DNA of 64,000 nt from NCBI GenBank assembly GCA_964016885.1, contig CAXHJY010000139.1, forward strand, positions 32,919 through 96,918, written 5' to 3'. The notes below the pieces were generated by a model. It was not told the DNA's origin. It searched no databases and was given only the letters and a program-made list of their open reading frames with translations. Every line of letters starts with the position of its first letter. Positions within the stretch are counted from its first letter, which is position 1. The translations under genes and the position numbers were made by a program. This stretch comes from Eledone cirrhosa (Eukaryota). Of the stretch, positions 52,601 through 61,600 are shown one piece after another.

Positions 52601-55600
52601 CTTAGCTTAGGATAGCTTAGCTTAGCTTAGCTTAGGATAGCTTAGCTTAGCTTAGCTTAGGATAGCTTAGCTTAGCTTAGCTTAGGATCGCTTAGCTTAG
52701 CTTAGCTTAGGATAGCTTAGCTTAGCTTAGGATAGCTTAGCTTAGCTTAGCTTAGGATAGCTTAGCTTAGCTTAGGATAGCTTAGGATAGCTTAGCTTAG
52801 GAGAGCTTAGCTTAGCTTAGCTTAGGATAGCTTAGCTTAGCTTAGCTTAGGATAGCTTAGCTTAGCTTAGCTTAGGATAGCTTAGCTTAACTTAGCTTAG
52901 GATAGCTTAGCTTAGCTTAACTTAGGATAGCTTAGCTTAGCTTAGCTTAGGATAGCTTAGCTTAGCTTAGCTTAGGATAGCTTAGCTTAGCTTAGCTTAG
53001 GATAGCTTAGGATAGCTTAGCTTAGGATAGCTTAGGATAGCTTACCTTAGGAGAGCTTAGCTTAGGATAGCTTAGCTTAGGATAGCTTAGGATAGCTTAG
53101 CTTAGGATAGCTTAGCTTAGGATAGCTTAGCTTAGGATAGCTTAGGATAGCTTAGCTTAGCTTAGCTTAGGATAGCTTAGCTTAGCTTAGCTTAGGATAG
53201 CTTAGCTTAGCTTAGCTAAGGATAGCTTAGCTTAGCTTAGCTTAGGATAGCTTAGGATAGCTTAGCTTAGGATAGCTTAGGATAGCTTAGCTTAGGATAG
53301 CTTAGGATAGCTTAGCTTAGGATAGCTTAGCTTAGGATAGCTTAGCTTAGGATAGCTTAGGATAGCTTAGCTTAGGATAGCTTAGGATAGCTTAGCTTAG
53401 GATAGCTTAGCTTAGGATAGCTTAGGATAGCTTAGCTTAACTTAGCTTAGGAAAGCTTAGCTTAGCTTAGCTTAGGATAGCTTAGCTTAGCTTAGCTTAG
53501 GATAGCTTAGCTTAGCTTAGCTTAGGATAGCTTAGGATAGCTTAGCTTAGGATAGCTTAGCTTAGGATAGCTTAGGATTGTTTAGCTTAGGATAGCTTAG
53601 CTTAGGATAGCTTAGGATAGCTTAGCTTAGCTTAGCTTAGGATAGCTTAGGATAGCTTAGCTTAGGATAGCTTAGGATAGCTTAGCTTAGGATAGATTAG
53701 GATAGCTTAGCTTAGGATAGCTTAGGATAGCTTAGCTTAGGATAGCTTAGCTTAGGATAGCTTAGCTTAGCTTAGCTTAGGATAGCTTAGCTTGGGATAG
53801 CTTAGGATAGCTTAGCTTAGGATAGCTTAGGATAGCTTAGCTTAGCTTAGCTTAGGATAGCTTAGCTTAGCTTAGCTTAGGATAGCTTAGCTTAGCTTAG
53901 GATAGCTTAGCTTAGCTTAGCTTAGGATAGCTTAGCTTAGCTTAGCTTAGGATTGCTTAGCTTAGCTTAGCTTAGGATAGCTTAGCTTAGCTTAGCTTAG
54001 GATAGCTTAGCTTAGCTTAGCTTAGGATAGCTTAGCTTAGCTTAGCTTAGAATAGCTTAGCTTAGGATAGCTTAGCTTAGGATAGCTTAGCTTAGGATAG
54101 CTTAGCTTAGGATAGCTTAGGATAGCTTAGCTTAGGATAGCTTAGGATAGCTTAGCTTAGGATAGCTTAGCTTAGCTTAGCTTAGGATAGCTTAGCTTAG
54201 CTTAGGATAGCTTAGCTTAGCTTAGCTTAGGATAGCTTAGCTTAGGATAGCTTAGGAAAGCTTAGCTTAGCTTAGCTTAGGATAGCTTAGCTTAGCTTAG
54301 CTTAGGATAGCTTAGCTTAGCTTAGTTTAGGATAGCTTAGCTTAGCTTAGCTTAGGATAGCTTAGCTTGGCTTAGCTTAGGATAGCTTAGCTTAGCTTAG
54401 CTTAGGATAGCTTAGCTTAGGATAGCTTAGCTTAGCTTAGCTTAGGATAGCTTAGCTTAGCTTAGCTTAGGATAGCTTAGCATAGCTTAGCTTAGGATAG
54501 CTTAGCTTAGCTTAGCTTAGGATAGCTTAGCTTAGCTTAGCTTAGGATAGCTTAGCTTAGCTTAGCTTAGGATAGCTTAGCTTAGCTTAGCTTAGGATAG
54601 CTTAGCTTAGCTTAGCTTAGGATAGCTTAGCATAGCTTAGCTTAGGATAGCTTAGCTTAGCTTAGCTTAGGATAGCTTAGCTTAGCTTAGGATAGCTTAG
54701 CTTAGCTTGGCTTAGGATAGCTTAGCTTAGCTTGGCTTAGGATAGCTTAGCTTAGCTTAGGATAGCTTAGCTTAGGATAGCTTAGGATAGCTTAGCTTAG
54801 CTTAGCTTAGGATAGCTTAGCTTAGTTTAGGATAGCTTAGCTTAGCTTAGCTTAGGATAGCTTAGGATAGCTTAGCTTAGGATAGCTTAGGATAGCTTAG
54901 CTTAGGATAGCTTAGGATAGCTTAGCTTAGGATAGCTTAGGATAGCTTAGGTTAGGATAGCTTAGCTTAGGATAGCTTAGGATAGCTTAGCTTAGGATAG
55001 CTTAGGATAGCTTAGCTTAGGATAGCTTAGGATAGCTTAGCTTAGGATAGCTTAGCTTAGGATAGCTTAGGAAAGCTTAGCTTAGCTTAGCTTAGGATAG
55101 CTTAGCTTAGCTTAGCTTAGGATAGCTTAGCTTAGCTTAGCTTAGGATAGCTTAGGATAGCTTAGCTTAGGATAGCTTAGGATAGCTTAGCTTAGGATAG
55201 CTTAGCTTAGGATAGCTTAGCTTAGGATAGCTTAGGATAGCTTAGCTTAGGATAGCTTAGGATAGCTTAGCTTAGGATAGCTTAGCTTAGGATAGCTTAG
55301 GATAGCTTAGCTTAGCTTAGCTTAGGATAGCTTAGCTTAGCTTAGGAGAGCTTAGCTTAGCTTAGCTTAGCTTAGGATAGCTTAGCTTAGCTTAGGATAG
55401 CTTAGGATAGCTTAGCTTAGGATAGCTTAGGATAGCTTAGCTTAGGATAGCTTAGGATAGCTTAGCTTAGGATAGCTTAGGATAGCTTAGCTTAGGATAG
55501 CTTAGCTTAGGATAGCTTAGCTTAGCTTAGCTTAGGATAGCTTAGCTTAGGATAGCTTAGGATATCTTAGGTTAGGATAGCTTAGCTTAGGATAGCTTAG

Positions 55601-58600
55601 GATAGATTAGCTTAGCTTAGCTTAGGATAGCTTAGCTTAGCTTAGCTTAGGATAGCTTAGCTTAGCTTAGGATAGCTTAGCTTAGCTTAGCTTAGGATAG
55701 CTTAGCTTAGCTTAGCTTAGGATAGCTTAGCTTAGCTTAGGATAGCTTAGCTTAGCTTAGCTTAGGATAGCTTAGCTTAGCTTAGCTTAGGATAGCTTAG
55801 CTTAGGATAGCTTAGCTTAGGATAGCTTAGCTTAGGTTAGCTTAGCTTAGCTTAGCTTAGGATAGCTTAGGATAGCTTAGCTTAGGATAACTTAGCTTAG
55901 CTTAGCTTAGGATAGCTTAGCTTAGCTTAGCTTAGGATAGCTTAGCTTAGCTTAGCTTAGGATAGCTTAGCTTAGGATAGCTTAGGATTGCTTAGCTTAG
56001 CTTAGCTTAGGATAGCTTAGCTTAGCTTAGCTTAGGATAGCTTAGCTTAGCTTAGGATAGCTTAGCTTAGCTTAGCTTAGGATAGCTTAGCTTAGCTTAG
56101 CTTAGGATAGCTTAGCTTAGCTTAGCTTAGGATAGCTTAGGATAGCTTAGGATAGCTTAGCTTAGCTTAGCTTAGGAGAGCTTAGCTTAGCTTAGGATAG
56201 CTTAGCTTAGCTTAGCTTAGGATAGCTTAGCTTAGCTTAGGATAGCTTAGCTTAGCTTAGCTTAGGATAGCTTAGCTTAGCTTAGCTTAGGAGAGCTTAG
56301 CTTAGCTTAGCTTAGGGTAGCTTAGGATAGCTTAGCTTAGGATAGCTTAGGATAGCTTACCTTAGGAGAGCTTAGCTTAGGATAGCTTAGCTTAGGATAG
56401 CTTAGGATAGCTTAGCTTAGGATAGCTTAGCTTAGGATAGCTTAGCTTAGGATAGCTTAGGATAGCTTAGCTTAGCTTAGCTTAGGATAGCTTAGCTTAG
56501 CTTAGCTTAGGATAGCTTAGCTTAGGTTAGCTTAGCTTAGCTTAGCTTAGCTTAGGATAGCTTAGCTTAGGATAGCTTAGGATAGCTTAGGATAGCTTAG
56601 CTTAGGATAGCTTAGCTTAGGATAGCTTAGGATAGCTTAGCTTAGGATAGCTTAGGATAGCTTAGCTTAGGATAGCTTAGCTTAGGATAGCTTAGGATAG
56701 CTTAGCTTAGCTTAGCTTAGGATAGCTTAGCTTAGCTTAGCTTAGGATAGCTTAGCTTAGCTTAGGATTGCTTAGCTTAGCTTAGCTTAGGATAGCTTAG
56801 GATAGCTTAGCTTAGGATAGCTTAGCTTAGGATAGCTTAGGATAGCTTAGGATAGCTTAGCTTAGCTTAGCTTAGGATAGCTTAGCTTAGCTTAGCTTAG
56901 GATAGCTTAGCTTAGCTTAGGATAGCTTAGCTTAGCTTAGGATAGCTTAGCTTAGCTTAGCTTAGGATAGCTTAGCTTAGCTTAGCTTAGGACAGCTTAG
57001 CTTAGCTTAGCTTAGGATAGCTTAGCTTAGCTTAGGATAGCTTAGCTTAGCTTAGCTTAGGATAGCTTAGCTTAGGATAGCTTAGCTTAGGATAGCTTAG
57101 CATGGGTTAGCTTAGCTTAGCTTAGCTTAGGATAGCTTAGGATAGCTTAGCTTAGGATAGCTTAGCTTAGCTTAGCTTAGGATAGCTTAGCTTAGCTTAG
57201 CTTAGGATAGCTTAGCTTAGCTTAGCTTAGCTTAGGATAGCTTAGCTTAGCTTAGCTTAGGATAGCTTAGCTTAGCTTAGGATAGTTTAGCTTAGCTTAG
57301 CTTAGGATAGCTTAGCTTAGCTTAGCTTAGGATAGCTTAGCTTAGCTTAGGATAGCTTAGCTTAGCTTAGCTTAGGATAGCTTAGCTTAGCTTAGCTTAG
57401 GATAGCTTAGCTTAGCTTAGGATAGCTTAGCTTAGCTTAGGATAGCTTAGCTTAGCTTAGCTTAGGATAGCTTAGCTTAGCTTAGCTTAGGATAGCTTAG
57501 CTTAGGATAGCTTAGCTTAGCTTAGCTTAGGATAGCTTAGCTTAGCTTAGCTTAGGATAGCTTAGCTTAGCTTAGCTTAGGATAGCTTAGCTTAGCTTAG
57601 CTTAGGATAGCTTAGCTTGGCTTAGCTTAGGATAGCTTAGCTTAGCTTAGCTTAGGATAGCTTAGCTTAGCTTAGCTTAGGATAGCTTAGCTTAGCTTAG
57701 CTTAGGATAGCTTAGCTTAGCTTAGGATTGCTTAGCTTAGCTTGGCTTAGGATAGCTTAGCTTAGCTTGGCTTAGGATAGCTTAGCTTAGCTTAGCTTAG
57801 GATAGCTTAGCTTAGCTTAGCTTAGGATAGCTTAGCTTAGCTTAGCTTAGGATAGCTTAGCTTAGCTTAGGATAGCTTAGCTTAGTTTAGGATAGCTTAG
57901 CTTAGCTTAGCTTAGGATAGCTTAGGATAGCTTAGCTTAGGATAGCTTAGGATAGCTTAGCTTAGGATAGCTTAGGATAGCTTAGGTTAGGATAGCTTAG
58001 CTTAGGATAGCTTAGGATAGCTTAGCTTAGGATAGCTTAGGATAGCTTAGCTTATGATAGCTTAGGATAGCTTAGCTTAGGATAGCTTAGCTTAGGATAG
58101 CTTAGGAAAGCTTAGCTTAGCTTAGCTTAGGATAGCTTAGCTTAGCTTAGCTTAGGATAGCTTAGCTTAGCTTAGCTTAGGATAGCTTAGGATAGCTTAG
58201 CTTAGGATAGCTTAGGATAGCTTAGCTTAGGATAGCTTAGCTTAGGATAGCTTAGCTTAGGATAGCTTAGCTTAGGATAGCTTAGGATAGCTTAGCTTAG
58301 GATAGCTTAGGATAGCTTAGCTTAGGATAGCTTAGCTTAGGATAGCTTAGGATAGCTTAGCTTAGCTTAGCTTAGGAAAGCTTAGCTTAGCTTAGCTTAG
58401 TATAGCTTAGCTTAGCTTAGCTTAGCTTAGGATAGCTTAGCTTAGCTTAGCTTAGGATAGCTTAGGATAGCTTAGCTTAGGATAGCTTAGGATAGCTTAG
58501 CTTAGGATAGCTTAGGATAGCTTAGCTTAGGATAGCTTAGGATAGCTTAGCTTAGGATAGCTTAGCTTAGGATAGCTTAGCTTAGCTTAGGATAGCTTAG

Positions 58601-61600
58601 CTTAGGATAGCTTAGGATAGCTTAGCTTAGGATAGCTTAGCTTAGGATAGCTTAGGATAGCTTAGCTTAGCTTAGCTTAGGATAGCTTAGCTTAGCTTAG
58701 CTTAGGATAGCTTAGCTTAGCTTAGGATAGCTTAGCTTAGCTTAGCTTAGGATAGCTTAGCTTAGCTTAGCTTAGGATAGCTTAGCTTAGCTTAGGATAG
58801 CTTAGCTTAGCTTAGCTTAGGATAGCTTAGCTTAGCTTAGGATAGCTTAGCTTAGGATAGCTTAGGATAGCTTAGCTTAGGATAGCTTAGCTTAGGATAG
58901 CTTAGCTTAGGTTAGCTTAGCTTAGCTTAGCTTAGGATAGCTTAGGATAGCTTAGCTTAGGATAGCTTAGCTTAGCTTAGCTTAGGATAGCTTAGCTTAG
59001 CTTAGCTTAGGATAGCTTAGCTTAGCTTAGGATAGCTTAGCTTAGGATAGCTTAGGATAGCTTAGCTTAGCTTAGCTTAGGAAAGCTTAGCTTAGCTTAG
59101 CTTAGGATAGCTTAGCTTAGCTTAGGATAGCTTAGCTTAGCTTAGCTTAGGATAGCTTAGCTTAGCTTAGCTTAGGATAGCTTAGCTTAGGTTAGCTTAG
59201 GATAGCTTAGGATAGCTTAGGATAGCTTAGCTTAGCTTAGCTTAGCTTAGGATAGCTTAGCTTAGCTTAGCTTAGGATAGCTTAGCTTAGCTTAGCTTAG
59301 GATAGCTTAGCTTAGCTTAGGATAGCTTAGCTTAGCTTAGGATAGCTTAGCTTAGCTTAGGATAGCTTAGCTTAGCTTAGCTTAGGATAGCTTAGCTTAG
59401 CTTAGCTTAGGATAGCTTAGCTTAGCTTAGCTTAGGATAGCTTAGCTTAGCTTAGCTTAGGATAGCTTAGCTTAGCTTAGCTTAGGATAGATTAGCTTAG
59501 CTTAGGATAGCTTAGCTTAGCTTAGCTTAGGAAAGCTTAGCTTAGCTTAGGATAGCTTAGCTTAGCTTAGCTTAGGAGAGCTTAGCTTAGCTTAGCTTAG
59601 GAAAACTTAGCTTAGCTTAGCTTAGCTTAGGATAGCTTAGCTTAGCTTAGCTTAGGTAGCTTAGCTTAGCTTAGCTTAGGATAGCTTAGCTTAGCTTAGC
59701 TTAGCTTAGCTTAGGATAGCTTAGCTTAGCTTAGCTTAGGAGAGCTTAGCTTAGCTTAGGATAGCTTAGGATAGCTTAGCTTAGGATAGCTTAGGATAGC
59801 TTACCTTAGGAGAGCTTAGCTTAGGATAGCTTAGCTTAGGATAGCTTAGGATAGCTTAGCTTAGGATAGCTTAGCTTAGGATAGCTTAGCTTAGGATAGC
59901 TTAGGATAGCTTAGCTTAGCTTAGCTTAGGATAGCTTAGCTTAGCTTAGCTTAGGATAGCTTAGCTTAGGTTAGCTTAGCTTAGGATAGCTTAGGATAGC
60001 TTAGCTTAGGATAGCTTAGGATAGCTTAGCTTAGGATAGCTTAGGATAGCTTAGCTTAGGAGAGCTTAGCTTAGGATAGCTTAGGATAGCTTAGCTTAGG
60101 ATAGCTTAGGATAGCTTAGCTTAGGATAGCTTAGGATAGCTTAGCTTAGGATAGCTTAGCTTAGGATAGCTTAGGATAGCTTAGCTTAGCTTAGCTTAGG
60201 ATAGCTTAGCTTAGCTTAGCTTAGGATAGCTTAGCTTAGCTTAGCTTAGGATAGCTTAGCTTAGCTTAGCTTAGGATAGCTTAGGATAGCTTAGCTTAGG
60301 ATAGCTTAGGATAGCTTAGCTTAGGATAGCTTAGGATAGCTTAGGATAGCTTAGCTTAGCTTAGCTTAGGATAGCTTAGCTTAGCTTAGCTTAGGATAGC
60401 TTAGCTTAGCTTAGCTTAGGATAGCTTAGCTTAGCTTAGGATAGCTTAGCTTAGCTTAGCTTAGGATAGCTTAGCTTAGCTTAGGATAGCTTAGCTTAGC
60501 TTAGCTTAGGATAGCTTAGCTTAGCTTAGGATAGCTTAGCTTAGCTTAGCTTAGGATAGCTTAGCTTAGCTTAGCTTAGGATAGCTTAGCTTAGGATAGC
60601 TTAGCTTAGGATAGCTTAGCTTAGGTTAGCTTAGCTTAGCTTAGCTTAGGATAGCTTAGGATAGCTTAGCTTAGGATAGCTTAGCTTAGCTTAGCTTAGG
60701 ATAGCTTAGCTTAGCTTAGCTTAGGATAGCTTAGCTTAGCTTAGCTTAGGATAGCTTAGCTTAGGATAGCTTAGGATAGCTTAGCTTAGCTTAGCTTAGG
60801 ATAGCTTAGCTTAGCTTAGCTTAGGATAGCTTAGCTTAGCTTAGGATAGCTTAGCTTAGCTTAGCTTAGGATAGCTTAGCTTAGCTTAGCTTAGGATAGC
60901 TTAGCTTAGCTTAGGATAGCTTAGGATAGCTTAGGATAGCTTAGCTTAGCTTAGCTTAGGATAGCTTAGCTTAGCTTAGCTTAGGATAGCTTAGCTTAGC
61001 TTAGCTTAGGATAGCTTAGCTTAGCTTAGGATAGCTTAGCTTAACTTAGCTTAGGATAGCTTAGCTTAGCTTAGCTTAGGATAGCTTAGCTTAGCTTAGC
61101 TTAGGATAGCTTAGCTTAGCTTAGCTTAGGATAGCTTAGCTTAGCTTAGCTTAGGAGAGCTTAGCTTAGCTTAGCTTAGGATAGATTAGCTTAGCTTAGG
61201 ATAGCTTAGCTTAGCTTAGCTTAGGAAAGCTTAGCTTAGCTTAGGATAGCTTAGCTTAGCTTAGCTTAGGAGAGCTTAGCTTAGCTTAGGATAGCTTAGC
61301 TTAGCTTAGCTTAGGATAGCTTAGCTTAGCTTAGCTTAGGTAGCTTAGCTTAGCTTAGCTTAGGATAGCTTAGCTTAGCTTAGCTTAGCTTAGGATAGCT
61401 TAGCTTAGCTTAGCTTAGGATAGCTTAGCTTAGCTTAGCTTAGGATAGCTTAGGATAGCTTAGCTTAGGATAGCTTAGGATAGCTTACCTTAGGAGAGCT
61501 TAGCTTAGGATAGCTTAGCTTAGGATAGCTTAGGATAGCTTAGCTTAGGATAGCTTAGCTTAGGATAGCTTAGCTTAGGATAGCTTAGGATAGCTTAGCT

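Noticed and set aside
53211-53220. Perfect palindrome CTTAGCTAAG as an inversion point or terminator
   Set aside because: It results from one T>A change (GCTAA); orientation is unchanged on both sides, and the same variant is inherited at 62413.
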